Shown here piece after piece: positions 13,124 through 26,105 of a stretch of 64,000 bases of DNA. Numbering within the stretch: position 1 is the first letter of the stretch; each line of letters opens with the position of its first letter. Source of the DNA: Callorhinchus milii (Eukaryota); contig NW_024704742.1 in the NCBI RefSeq assembly GCF_018977255.1, forward strand, positions 135,038,001 through 135,102,000, written 5' to 3'. A model generated the notes under the pieces. The model searched no databases. It saw nothing but the letters and a program-made list of their open reading frames with translations, and was not told the origin of the DNA. Made by a program: the position numbers and the translations under genes.

Positions 13124-14729
13124 AAGTGTGAGGTTGTCAGATGAGTCAAGGATCGGGCATCGCGGGCAATTAATGCCTGAAACTCGCTCTGAGAAGCAAC
13201 GCACACGAACGAACAGTGGTGGCGAGAGTAAGGTGTCACAGGACGAACATTGCCTGTGGAATTGCGCAACAGTGGAAGGTGGGGAGGAGAAAAAAATAAC
13301 TTCAAGAGAGGAAGAGAGGTGATAAAGTTGGTAGAACAGGGAGCGACCCAATGTTGAAAAGCTGGAAAGTAATAATAAAAAATAATAATAATCCTTACAT
13401 TTCATATAAAGTCTTTCACGTACAGAGTGCATCCCAAAGCACTTCACTGAACATACTATCAAGTACAATGACTGTTTTCTAGGCAAACGCAGCAGCCAGT
13501 TTGCGCACAGGGATATCCCACAAACAGCTATGAAATCAGTGACCAATTTATCAGTGTAACCTCTCATATGAAAAAGAGAAACTGTTGGCTAATCAATGTT
13601 TAATATGACCAACAAATATGGTTTCTACTTGCAAAGGCAGGAACATAGGGTTGAAAAGGGCAATGTCTCATATTAGATTCAACGTAAATGTGTCAAGTAG
13701 TATTAGAATTTCAGTTGACACTGTCTTTACGTGGGAAACCCCTCTCTTCCCCACGCCACCAATTTTCAAACAATGGTTGAGCACAAAGCGATTGCCAACT
13801 TTTTTTCCACTTTTTTTCCACGAACGGCTCCCATTAATGTTGTAGTTTGCAGATAACAGTGTCTCCAGGAAGATCGTTTTTCCTGTGAATGCACCCATAG
13901 AACCATGGAAATTTGCAGCACAGGTGTAGGACATTCGGCCCATTGTGTCTGGGCTAACTCTTTTAAAGAGGAACCTTCCAGGTCCATTCAGGAGAAAAGA
14001 AAGGTACCTTCCCCCCACCCCACTGTAGTTTAATTCTGCAATGTTGCTCTCTGTATGAAGTCTTGGGCCAAACAAAATCAGAGCCAGGAGAGGGTAGGTA
14101 TATCCATGTTTTTAGATTTCCTTCTCCCGATCTTTCTCCTAGTGCTGAGAAGAGGCCGGTACATATACTATGGAAGGGTTCGCTTTAATTACTTGTTAGG
14201 AAGCTAATTGCATCAATAACATTGCAGATCAGACATTAAACTGAGGTCCTGCCTGTTCAGATGGACACTGAAGATCCCATGGCACTGTTCAAAAAGAGGA
14301 TGGAGTTTCTCCTGTGTTCTGCTAACAATTCTTTCAGATAAAATTGGTCATGGCTGTTTGTGGGATATTGCTGGCTGCTGTGTTTGCCTACAAATTCACA
14401 GTCACTACACTTTCCAGAAAATCCGGTGAAGTACTTTGATTTATAGCGCCTTGACAAGCGCTCTGGGACTCTACTCTGCTTGAGGAGCGCTATATAAATA
14501 CAAGTTGTTGTTATCAAAACGTCTCAAATAATTGCATTCGATATAGCGCCCTTCATGTCAGGTTGCCTCAAAGCACTTCACAGGATTTACAGGATGTGTA
14601 GACAAATGCAATTGTAAGGAATATTATTACAACATGAAAAACATGTCTTTAAATGTTTTTGGGTGCTGTGGTGAACGCTCGAGGTTGCATGTCTGAATGG
14701 CTGAATCACTGAGTTGCACCACTCCGAAT

Positions 14730-15103
14730 CAATCACAAGGTGTTGGACAGTCAGTGTTTCGGACCCGAGCTGGGGATCGGGATCAAGGAGAGTGGAGGGC
14801 AGGGGGGGAAGGAGGGTGGTCGAAGCCATGGTCAAATAGGAGGGTCTTGAGATTGGTCATGAAGGAGGCAAGGGAGGGGTTGAGGCGAAAGAACTGCGGG
14901 ATGGAGTTCCAGAGGGTGGGGGCAGAGTGACTGAAGGCCCAGGCCCACCCGCCGATGGTGGGGCGGGCGAGATGGGGGCCAGAGCCCGCTGAGCGGAAGG
15001 AGCAGGCAACTTGATAGGGGGTTAGGAAGTCGCAGAGGTAGTGGGGAGCAAAGCAATGGAGGGATCTGAAGGTGAGGACCAGGATCTTGAACTGAATCCT
15101 CTG
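14730..15103 (-). mobile_element. Old L2 3' fragment
   Basis: Translates to RIQFKILVLTFRSLH…PTIGG…LWNSIPQ. Confidence 0.8.
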
Positions 15104-17366
15104 TGTGAACAACCACAAAACACCCCAGGGATCAAAGTGAAGATTTATTCAATGCTTCACTTATTCCTTCAGCACAACTGCTTTTTTATATATATATATT
15201 TGGTAGGTCACACTATGCTGATCAAGCCAAGGCTCAGAACAATTGCCAGTATAGTAAAGACTAAACACACACATGCTTCATTTCGATTACTACCTTAAGA
15301 ATTGTGAGTGAGAGTCAGTTGTTTCATTTTAGGGTTCTCCTGACATCCATAGACTGGTTGAGCTTTGGCCCTTTTGACTTATGTCGTCATCAGAAATGCT
15401 TGTGTGAATTGCTACCCTGAAAGTCACTGACTTGATACAGGAGCTGCTTTCTCTTGTCTGTGTCCTCCTCTCCTCTGCTCCGGCTTGTTCTATGCTGTCT
15501 CAAAATATGATTTTCACACAGGAGATGTGAATGCAGCTTCCCACTGCTCTTCACTAGAGCATTTGATCCACAGCTTGAATGTCATCTGCCTTCACCCTTA
15601 CCTCATTCCCAATGCAACAGGAACACTCATTCATACCTTTAGACTTGACTTCTCAAACATTCTTCTCGCCAATCTCCGAGCCCCTCTACAGGTTTCAGTT
15701 CACCGAAAGTCCCCATCATTTCCCACATGAGGACCTATATGCCACTTCACCTTATATGCCTCTCTGCTTCAAAAAAGCTGCAGAAAAAACTATCTCTTCG
15801 ACCGTCCCTTTGGTCCAATAACTACAACCTCCACCTTGTTCGATTTTCAACAGCCTTTAAAAAGAGCTTTATAATGTTATCCACAGGCACTCTAAGTGCA
15901 AACTGTTATCTTAGAAATGATATCAATTTAGGTCCAGCTGCACAATCGGGGCATAACAGAGCCAGGTCTTTGTCTAACAATAATAATCCTTGCATTCAAT
16001 ACATCACCTAGAATATCTCCAAGTGTGGCCATTCTCGCAGTCAAGAATGGCACGAGAATGGAAATTACAAGTGCAAATTACAAGATTTCCCTCTTCCCTA
16101 TGCCCCCAACAGAACAATAATATCTGCACGGGGATGTGGAGGAGGTAGCTTCCAATCAGGTTTATTAAGCATTACCTGCAATAAAAATTTTTGATAGTTT
16201 TTTCAGCCTTCGATTTTCATGCTGGAATCTGTTTCTTTACAATCAATGCATCACGTGAATGTTATATCTCGCAGGGAGCTGCAGCAAATCACAGAATTGT
16301 CCCTGGAGGATTCTTTACCACACTCGGCTACTTGTTTGCAATGGTACCAAGGTTGCAATAAAACATTAAAGCAAAGCGCGGGAGGCGCAGGTGGCTTGAC
16401 AGGATTTCTCTCCCTGGGTTTCACCTCCTCAGTCCTTGTCCGAAACCTGCCTCTGGCCACTGTCAGTTAGGCTTAATAAAGGTCCTTTTTTTCCTGGCTG
16501 AAAAGCGATGTGCTGTGAAATGAGTTTTGTCAGCAGCTCATACCCTGGAACCTACTGGGGATGGTCTCCCTTGCAACATAAAAATGGCAAAGCTGGACAC
16601 TGGTTAACAATCACAGCCACTGCACCTGCTCAAAGGCCTTCAGTTTCCGCAGACACACCTTAGGACCTGCTCATCATGTACAGTGTAACTTAACACTGTA
16701 CATCATGTTGCACATTCCCGACCCTACATCACGCACCATACATGAGATAATGATGAATTATAATAATAATCATGCTTGCATTTGATACAGCGCTTTATCA
16801 CGTTGTTGAGTTGTCTCAAAGCGCTTCATAGAACGTATTGTAAAGTGGATTGACTGTATTTTTTGGGTGACTTTATTTTGCATGGGGGGTGGGAATAATA
16901 CAGACTGCACAATACATTTACGTTTTGGTCCCTTTAAACTTAAATTCTTTGCTTTTCTCGTTTCCCTACTCTCAAATCCAAGCCTCCTCCCACATGCTAC
17001 CCTCCCAAAAAAATGCCATAAATCGAGATTCACTTGCCTCACGCGAGGATTGAGAAGCTACAGCTAAAGACCGAGATAAATGTGATACCCTAACCCTAAA
17101 TTGTAACTCTGTTCCTCCATGTTTAGGAAGCGGGGGTTGCTGAGAAAGGAAAGAGAAAATTGCTTTAAATAGAAAATACTTTTGCACTTTGTGTACCACA
17201 AAGAAAAGTACCAAGAATAAATGTCCTTACACTGAAGGTGGCTGAAATATGGATCTCCCTGCCACAGACTTTTGTTGAAGCAGAGTTGATAAATTCTTTC
17301 AAAAGTGATTTCAATACATGCCTGTAGAAGAGAAATTGAAGGGTATGGGGGAGCGAGCAAGGGAGT

Positions 17367-17745
17367 AACAACTTGCATTTATATAGCACCCTTCATGTGG
17401 GGCAGTTTCTGGGAGTGCTTAATAATGGCGGAGGCTGACGCTGAGCTGGGGGAGGGAGGAGGTGACCTTAAGCACGGTCGAAGAGGAAGGTCTTCAGTCG
17501 TGATCTAAAAGATGGGAAGGAGGGGACAAGGTGGAGGAATTTAGGGAGGGAGTTCCAAAGTTTCGGACACAGTGGCTGAAAGTGCGACCGCCGATGGTGG
17601 AGCAGATGGGACGAGGGACAAGCAGGAGGCCAGAGCCAGCCGAGCGGAGGCAGTGGGGAGAGGAGTGGGGAGAAGGGAGATCAGAAAAGTAGGGAAATGC
17701 CAGGGCAAGAAGATTTTTAGACGAGTGAGAGGATCTTGAAATTGA
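17367..17745 (-). mobile_element. Old L2 3' fragment
   Basis: Degenerate similarity to the L2 C-terminal coding region and a variant 3' tail. Confidence 0.65.
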
Positions 17746-18559
17746 AAAGCTAGTGGCTCATTTAGAAAAAACTAACAATACAGACTTGATGGCAGAATAA
17801 TTATAAGTTTCTCAGCCCACCTCACGGATAATGGAATTCTCCCTCCTCCCTCGTCTTCTCCCAAAGACTGTTAGAACAGTTGCCCTAAGAGCCCGAGTGA
17901 GAGTGTTGATGGGCTTGAGGTGTGCTCTCAAGGCTTCTTTACCCACAAAATAACACTGTCAGTCACCTCGCCTTCTTGATTCCAACCCCCAGCTCAGATG
18001 CAAACCCTTGACTGTCCAGCGCCTTGTGATGTCTCCCGATGTGAAAGGAGCTACATAAATGCAAATTATTGTCATTATTTCTTGTTCCAAGCACATCCCA
18101 AAGTGCGTCACAGGATATATTGTAAAGTGGAGTGACTGTTGTGTGGGCAAAACAGCAGCCAATATTGCGCACAGCAATGTCCTACAAACAGCCATGAAGT
18201 AAATGACCAACTATTTGAAGATTGTAGGCTAGGGCACTGTGAAAAACTCTCTTCCCTTTTTGAATAAGACCAGAAACAGATCTGAAGAGTAGCCTGAAAC
18301 GGAAATACCTGTCCCTCTCTAAACTGGTAAAAGATCACTTGACAATACTATTTAAAGGACAATATACTGCCCACAAATAGCACGTTCTCCAATTTGGTGT
18401 AGAAATCAATACCAAGACCTGACTGATGCTAATGTCAATATTTGCGCAACCCTTATCTTCTTTCATGCAACCCTTATCTTCCTTCTCGGTTGCAAGCCCT
18501 TGAATGTCCAGTGCCTTGGGACATCCTCCTAACGTGAAAGGCACTACATAAATTCAATT

Positions 18560-19015
18560 TAGGAACAAGAGTAAGCCATTTAGCCCCTCGAGCCTATTCT
18601 CATTCTTTTAGATCGTGGCTGATCTGTACCTCAACTCTAGTTACCCGTCTTTGCCCCATATCCCTTGATCCTCTTACCTAACCAATATTTTTTGCCCACA
18701 ATTCACTTTACAGTATATTCTGTGAAGCGCTTTGAGATGTCTCAAAGACGTGATAAGGCCCTATCTCAAATGCATGGATCATTATTAACTTATCTATTCA
18801 CCTCAGTCTTGAAAATTTAAATGGATCCAAAATCCCACAGCCATTTGTGGGAGAGAATTCTGGATTTCCACTACCTTTTCTGTGAAAAAGTGCTTCCTGA
18901 TTTCACTCTTAAATGGCCTGGCTCTAATTTTAAGATGAGTCTCCTTATTCTGGATTCCCCCACCAGGGGAAATAGCTTCTCTGTAGCTACCCTGTCAAAT
19001 CCCCTTATCATTTGA
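18560..19015 (-). mobile_element. CR1 3' fragment, split by a SINE 3' piece (~18686-18791)
   Basis: Reverse-complement similarity to 51240-51598. Confidence 0.82.
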
Positions 19016-19167
19016 TACACAATTTATTGTTGTTCTGTTATCTTTAAAACAAGTGCACCACAGCTGCTGAAATAAACTGGAGTTGGATTCAGTTTGTGGA
19101 CACTGATCAATGGCAAGACTATGCGTCCAGTTTGAAGGCTGGCTGTCATTTTTAGATTGTTTCAGGG

Positions 19168-19181
19168 CTGCCACCTGGTGA
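19168..19181 (-). promoter_or_regulatory. CTCF-like motif TCACCAGGTGGCAG
   Basis: 13/14 match to core CCASYAGRKGGCRS in unique sequence. Confidence 0.42.
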
Positions 19182-19869
19182 GCATCGGTGTGAAAAATCC
19201 TTCATTCACAGGTAATAGATAACAAATTGCAGCCAACTGCCCCTTCCCTGGACCTTAGCGGTTTTGCAAGTTTTTCAAGTTTTCTGCCGAAAGCAATTTT
19301 GTTAAGACACGCGGTACTTTCCATCTTGCTACCTGACCTTTGCAGTAATTTTGCCTGGTGCGAAACTCTTAAAAATGGACAATCCACACAAACACGCACG
19401 CACACACTATTTCAGAAACAAGAATCAGTTGCAGCAATTGGCAACAACTCACAGACTATTGTGCGATTGGGTTGCATCGTTCGCCTAGAAATATACAGTC
19501 ACTCCACAATATATCCTGTGAAGCACTTTGAGACATCCTCCTGATGTGAAAGGCGCTAAAACCAAATGCAAGGATTCTTTGTGACCGCTCTACACTGATG
19601 GTTAAGATAACATACAAATTTGGACCATTTGAATTCAGATAACCTGAAACAAATAAAGGACTTGTATGGAGCAAAGTAAATCTCCATTGGACCATTAGGA
19701 ATTCTGCTACAGCGCTTCCACCCCCACCTTTTTCTCTTCACCCCAAAGAACGCATGAACGTGAGGGCACCAGGTAGAATTAGATAACAGGAGGAGGCTTT
19801 CGGCCCATTTAGGCCCACTGCAATTTAATCAGTTAATTTCCCTTGATATATTTACTTGGAGAATATGTT

Positions 19870-20208
19870 GCGGAGTGTAACTTATTGGTTGGAGCACTTG
19901 CCTCGCAAGCAAGAGGACCTGGGCGAAACCTTTGGTAAGTTTCCTTACTCTACCCACCTCTGTTTACCTAGCAGTAAATAGGAACCCAGTTGTTAGTCGA
20001 TTAGCAGTTTACTTTCAGGGGGTAATAATCCCTCCCCCCAAAAAAATTTGGTTGCTCAATCCACGATTATTTGTGTGACGCTGCTATGAGCAATTGGCTG
20101 TCGCGTTTCGCCCACAAAATACACAGTCAATTCACTTTACAGTATATACTGTAAAGCGCTTTGAGACGTCAGAACATGATAAATCAAATGTACAAATTAT
20201 TATTATTA
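19870..20208 (+). mobile_element. tRNA-derived SINE (long variant)
   Basis: Contains the extra segment CCTCTGTTTACCTAGCAGTAAATAGGAACC…GTTAGTCGATT. Confidence 0.83.
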
Positions 20209-21139
20209 CATCACTTAAAATATACACGCTTTACAGTATATCCTTATGAAGGGCTTTGAGACGTCGTCCTGAAAGGCTCTGTACCAAAAGCAAGGACTGT
20301 TATAATTACTTATATCTCTCTTAACTGCCTGCTATCAAAGATTAAAATCTCGTCATTTAATTCTATAAAATATGGACCTGCGCCATGGAGATCACATCAC
20401 CCCCAACCAGGTATGAGAAACTGCTGTGAGACACTCTGTTGTACTCCTTGGTGGCCCTTCAAGGCACTTTTCCTTCCCTTCACCCACAAGGAACACCTTA
20501 ATGTTGTGTGGTTTTAGACAGCAACTGAGCTGAAGACTGACAAAACTCGCTGAACCAAAGCAAGTGTATTTGAATGACAGGCCAGCAGTGGGACGTCAGC
20601 TGGTTGGCAGTTGAATGTCTTGAGCGGTCGCAATGCTAAACTAGACAATTGAGCCACACTTTGCAATTTCTTTTTTTTTAAAAAAAGCTAAGGGTTTTCA
20701 ATTCAGAGTGAAGCACCTTTGACTCACGTCTCTGAGCCCTCTCCAGTCTAGTACAAGGAAACTTACACAAGTCTAAAACTGCTGAGAATTCCACAGATGC
20801 CTGGAAATTTCTGTTTGACTGCAATGTAGTGTTCACCTTCTTTCCCTATATGGACGCACCCTGCTTACCCAATCCCGGAAGGCATTGGGTTTAGATTGGC
20901 AAGAGCCAAGGCTTGGGGACCCCAGAAGGAGGGAAGAATGAGGAAGGCTTTTGAAAGTAAAGGACAATACATCAATTTTGTTCCATTTGAGGTTGCAACT
21001 CCTTTTGTAAAAGGATTCCTTGAATCCATTGAAGTGCTTACAAGAAGTAAGAACTCTTAAATCAGTAAACTTAAGCCTCTCAACAGCCAGGCTGTCGAGT
21101 ATTGATGTGGCGCCTTGTCACATCCTTGAGACGTCTCTA

Positions 21140-21735
21140 AGCGCTTCACAGAATGTATCGTAAAGTGAATTGGCTATAATTTGTGGGTGATTCTCAATAG
21201 AGTTGAAAGAGTCTTAAAATCATATTTATTTGAAGGACTTCAATTCCGAAGTCATCCACTATCTATTATTAATGCAATTTCATCAATGAGTAGATATCAA
21301 TGTGCTCTCTGTAAGTAACCTGTACAGATACTCGATGGATAGCATCTGTGTGTTTTTAAATCGAGGAAGAAATTGCTGGGAATGCACAGTAGGCCATTCA
21401 GCATCTGCAGGAGGACAATAGATTGACGACCCTTCCTTGGAAACCTGGATGTTCAACAGAAATTTCTGCTTTCAGTTTGGCTTTCCAGGGTTTCCTGCTC
21501 TCTCTCCTCCCCTCCCTTGTGATGGAGCTATTCTTGAAATCACTTGAGCTTAAAACTGAGGCAGTTCTGTTCCGCTCCCAACACAGTTTTCTCACCTCTG
21601 GTGCTGACAAAATTGACATCTCCGCTCACTCACTCACTCAAACTCACAGTGGATCCTTTATATCTTTCATCCAGGCTCTGACCAAGACCCCTTATCGCCA
21701 TCTCCACACCACCACCTGCTTTTGTCAATGTCAAT
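21140..21735. repeat. Inverted duplicate of 63331-63910
   Basis: ~600-bp colinear reverse-complement match that includes unique sequence and shared repeat junctions. Confidence 0.9.
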
Positions 21736-22321
21736 TTCTCACCTTTTTTTTTGCAAATAGTATTTAAGTGTTATTGCAAACTGTTGGGTCAAACCTTGTC
21801 AGAATTGGATCCAATTTGCACCGAAGGCCATGGGAGGATACCCACAACAACAAATTGCTTTTACACACAGTAGCGCCTTTCACGTTAGGAGGACGTCCAA
21901 AGCGCTAGTATAACCAGCATGACTACAGGTCAAGTTGCCACGCTTTCCTAGAACTGATTTAAGGATGAATATCCTGATCCTTTCAGTATCGGGGTCACAT
22001 TGAAAAATCATCATGCTAGGTGCTGAACTAGGCAATTTCAAGTTAGCAGTTAAATTTCTCCCTGGTACACAAGTTTAAATTTAAAATTCAGTGTGGTATT
22101 TTATTGCCCTGATATATTTTATGAACAAGGTACAGCAAACCCTGCTATTTACAGCCTTCAGGACATCATTGCAATTTAACATTTGACAGACTTTTGTTTG
22201 CTGGTAGCTTGCATCCCATCACTCACAAATTTACTTTTCCACAAGTGAAACTGCTCAGAAATCCGTGTTAGCTAAGTCTGGGATGAAGAGACCTTTCCAG
22301 CAAAATACGCTTTGGCCATCA

Positions 22322-22657
22322 AATAATAACAATAATAATCCTTGAATTTGATATAGCACTTTTCACGTCTTCGAGACATCTCAAAGCATTTCACAGAATA
22401 TACTGTAAAGTGAATTGATTGTATATTTGTGGGCAAAATGCAGCTAATTGCATAGAGCGGTGTCCCACAATTTTTTTTATTATTTATTTTTTGGAGCGAT
22501 TATTACCCTTGGAGAGCAATCTGCCAATCGACTAACAACCAGGTTCCTACTTATAGCTAAGTAAACAGAGGCAGGTTGAGTAAGGAAACTTGCCTAAGGT
22601 TTCAGCCCCCCCCGGGAATCAAACCGATGAGTGCTAACCAATACATTACAGGACTCC
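22322..22657 (-). mobile_element. tRNA-derived SINE (long variant)
   Basis: Same modular structure as 19870-20208. Confidence 0.83.
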
Positions 22658-23329
22658 AAATGGAGAAAAAGAAGGGAAAAAAACCAACAAACGCTTCTGC
22701 TGGTTAGCTGGAATTAAAGACAAGCTATTTAAAATGAACTAAACTTTTCTGATGATGCTGAAAACACACCTTCGCCTCTCAAATTCACTTTTGAGAACCT
22801 CAACAGTATTGTTCCGACAAATTTAAAAAAATTATAACAACTTAGTGAATGTCAATACATACGCAAAAGGCAAGTTTCAACGTCAGGTGGGATGCAGTAC
22901 TGGGCAGAAAGAGCCCTTTCTAATTCAGAAAGGAAAATTCAAGGACAAGAACCAAACATCCCACACACTCAAAAATAAAAACAATATCTTGTCCGGGTAT
23001 ATAAACTTTAGTGTTTATGATGAATGCGTTTTGGGATTTAAAATGGGAAACGACAGGCAAGTAGGTCACTCCCTGCTTGTGAAAAACAAGTGCTGATGCA
23101 AAGAAAAGTTGCGACTGATTAACATTAATGACAATGTGCTGATCAAAAAAAAACAAAATGCCAGGTCCACAAAATACCTCGAACACTAACTTTTCATTGT
23201 AATTAATGGACTCTAAAACTAACAAAGTACTTCGAATAGTTTCCATCCAATGTGAAACAAATTGATCAATTCTAATAGAAACGGAGAAATTTACAGCACT
23301 GAAAATGGCCATTCGATAATCCACTCATT

Positions 23330-23675
23330 CCTATTGACCTGCCTCCCCCTCCTCTCCCACCATACCCTTGCAAATGACTCTTTTAAAGGTATCTCTCTAG
23401 TTCCCTCTTGAAAGCATTATGGATTCAGCCTTGACTACCACACCCAGCCGGGTATTCCACATCCAAGCAACTTTCTGTGTAAAAAAAATCCCTCTAATCT
23501 CCTTCTTTGCTCCCTCACTAATGATCTTAAATCGATGTCCTCTAGTCACTGACTCACCAACCAGTGGAAATAATTTTCCCTTTCTACTGTATCAAAACTC
23601 CTCATAATTTTAATGATCTCCATCTAATCTCCCTTCAACCTTCTGCATTCCAATAAAAACAGACCAAATTCCTCT
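23330..23675 (-). mobile_element. Old CR1 3' fragment
   Basis: Degenerate CR1 C-terminal coding similarity. Confidence 0.6.
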
Positions 23676-25486
23676 TCAGAGAAGCATTATTCAAACTGGA
23701 ATGCCAACCTCTGCTGCTTTTTGATATGAAAACCATGAAAGATGTCAAAATTCACGTGGATAAAATGAACCATGAAATTACCCAGTTACAACACTTGGAC
23801 TGGAATTTTCTTTGAGTGAAGCTTGATTTAATGAAACAATTTGATGAAGCAATTCACTTACCATGTAATGGAGCGAAGTGACACTGTTCTTACTGCCCAC
23901 ATGCATTGAGAATTTAAGAGTTAACTTTGCACCGTTTGGTTCATGAGATGACGTTTTGATAAATCAATGAAAGCTAAGCCATGAACCAACTGACCAATCT
24001 GCATATTGACAATTGCTTCTAAACTATTAAAATTCACTACCTGGAAACTGACACTTTTCAGGATAATAATAGTATAATAAGAATAATATTCCTTGCATTT
24101 GACATAGCGCCTGATCACGTCATTGAGACATCTGAAGTGCTTCATAGAATACTGTAGATTATAAAGTATATCTCATGCCCCAGCTCAAGTGGCAAGCCAC
24201 GATTGTTTAGCGCCTTGGGACGTCTTCCCGATGTTAAATGTAAATTTACATGGTATTGTATGCAAGTCTATGTAATTTTCTTTCTTATCAACCTCTTTAT
24301 TGGGAATAAGACGTTGATTTAGAAACAGGTGCTTTAAGAAGAAAACTGTAAGCAAATTATGCCCAATTACAGAAACTCCTTTTTGACAAAATTCAGATGA
24401 TTGCTGCTAATCTTAATGTTTATGATATATAATCCTTGCATTTAATATAGTGCCTTATCACGTTGTTGAGACGTCTCAAAGGGCTACAAGTAGCTGCTGC
24501 GTTTGCTTAAAAAACTTCATTTCTTATCAATTAAAATTGGTAAACTGCTTCAAGGTGTTTATTTATACATGAATGGTGCAATATAAATTCATGTTTTTAT
24601 GATTAATCTATTCTCACAGTAGACTTCCTGGCGAGATGTGTGTGATATACTGGTTACTATAAGCTGTCCCAATTGGATTTTGTATTAAGAAATCCCTTTA
24701 GAAATCACTGCACATTAGACACTATTGTTATGGTTAGTGCTAGAAATTTTAAAGATGGATTCTGGGTCTCAATCCCCATTAAAAATCAAATTAGCTAGTA
24801 GTTATCTAATCAACTCTTTTTTTAAAGCACAATTCAGCGGTGCTGTTAGAGTGAAGGGAGGAGAGAGTTGGTTGGTATGAGTTACAGAGCTTGGCAGCAT
24901 GTGCAAGCTGAATTAAAATCAGCAGAGAGTTATTAACTCAGGATGCTTCAGCGAACTTGTCATTTTCAACGGCTCACATGAATTGAGCTTCCATCACCGT
25001 TGGGCTCAGTGGAACCTCTACGGTGCCACAGTTATAACGTTATATTTCTTACTATTCAATGACTTGGCCTCAAACAGTCTTTAGTGCAGAAAGAACCTCT
25101 TAAACTGTTTCACAGAGATGATGGAGATCACTAAACAACAACAACTTGCACTTATATAGCGCCTTTCACACAGGTCTCAAAGTGCTTAACAGTGGCGGGG
25201 TGTAGTGGCTGAAAGTGTTAACTAAACAGTTAGCGAGATATGTTTTTAGTTTTTGTTTGACCAGACGTGAGTCTGAAACATGTGGAAACCCATCACTATG
25301 CTTAAGAGTATCCAAACCAGAATTTAACATACGCCACCTATACATGAAAATTTCCCTTGGGTAAAGAATGGAATAGACACAGAAGGGCACACCTTGAGAG
25401 TATGAGATGCAGGTTGGCAAGAATTAAGGCCTGGGGACCCTAGAGTGGGTATTTTTAAGAAAGAGAAAAAATCTGGGGATGGGAGA

Positions 25487-26105
25487 CAACAACAAAATTA
25501 CATTTGTAAAGCACCTTCCACGTCGGGAGGACGTCCCATGGTGCTGAACAGTCAGCGAAAGGAACCCAAGCGTGTGGGGCAGGGCTGGGATGAGGGAGGG
25601 CAGAGAGGTTGGGGGGGCGGCTGAAGGCACTGTCAAAAAGGAGGGTCTTGAGTCGTGCCTTGAAGGGGGCAAGAGAGGGAGCAAGGTGAAGGGATTGTGG
25701 GATGGAGTTCCAAAGAGTAGGGGCAGAGAGGCTGAAATCCCAGCCACCATTGATAGGTTGACCGAGCCTTCAGCTCCCCTCTCGACTCTCTTCCCCCTCC
25801 TCGCTCCCTCCCTTCCCTCCCCTCACCCTGACCATTTCCCCCCTCCTTGCTCCCTCCCTTCCCTCACCCTGACCATTTCCCCCCTGCTCGGGTCATGACC
25901 CAACTGTGCAGCGCCTTGGGACGTCTTCCTGACGTGAAAGGCGCTTTATAAATGGAATCTTGTTGTTGTTGTTGTTGGTGGGTCGGGCAGGAGACCTGGA
26001 GCGGGCCGGAGCCTGCTGAGCGGAGGGAGTGGACAGGCTGATAGGGAGTCAGCAGGTCAGAGATGTAGGAGGGGGCAAGGCCGTGGAGGGTCTTGAAAGT
26101 GAGCA
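25487..26105 (-). mobile_element. Older L2 3' fragment, interrupted by the insertion at 25758-25977
   Basis: Degenerate similarity to the L2 ORF C-terminus and 3' stem-loop; (caa)n on the plus strand near 25487. Confidence 0.8.
25758..25977 (+). mobile_element. Short 3'-end copy of the young L2, nested in an older minus-strand L2 fragment
   Basis: Matches the ORF end, 3' UTR repeats, stem-loop and (TTG)n tail of the full-length element. Confidence 0.9.

Noticed and set aside
16165..16190. Minus-strand TTTTTATTGCAG|GTAATG, a recursive-splice-like site
   Set aside because: The pyrimidine tract is short and the donor non-consensus; such a match is expected by chance in 64 kb.
18447..18485. 21-bp tandem duplication GCAACCCTTATCTTC(T/C)TTC
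   Set aside because: It is a simple local slippage duplication with two units and no functional cue.
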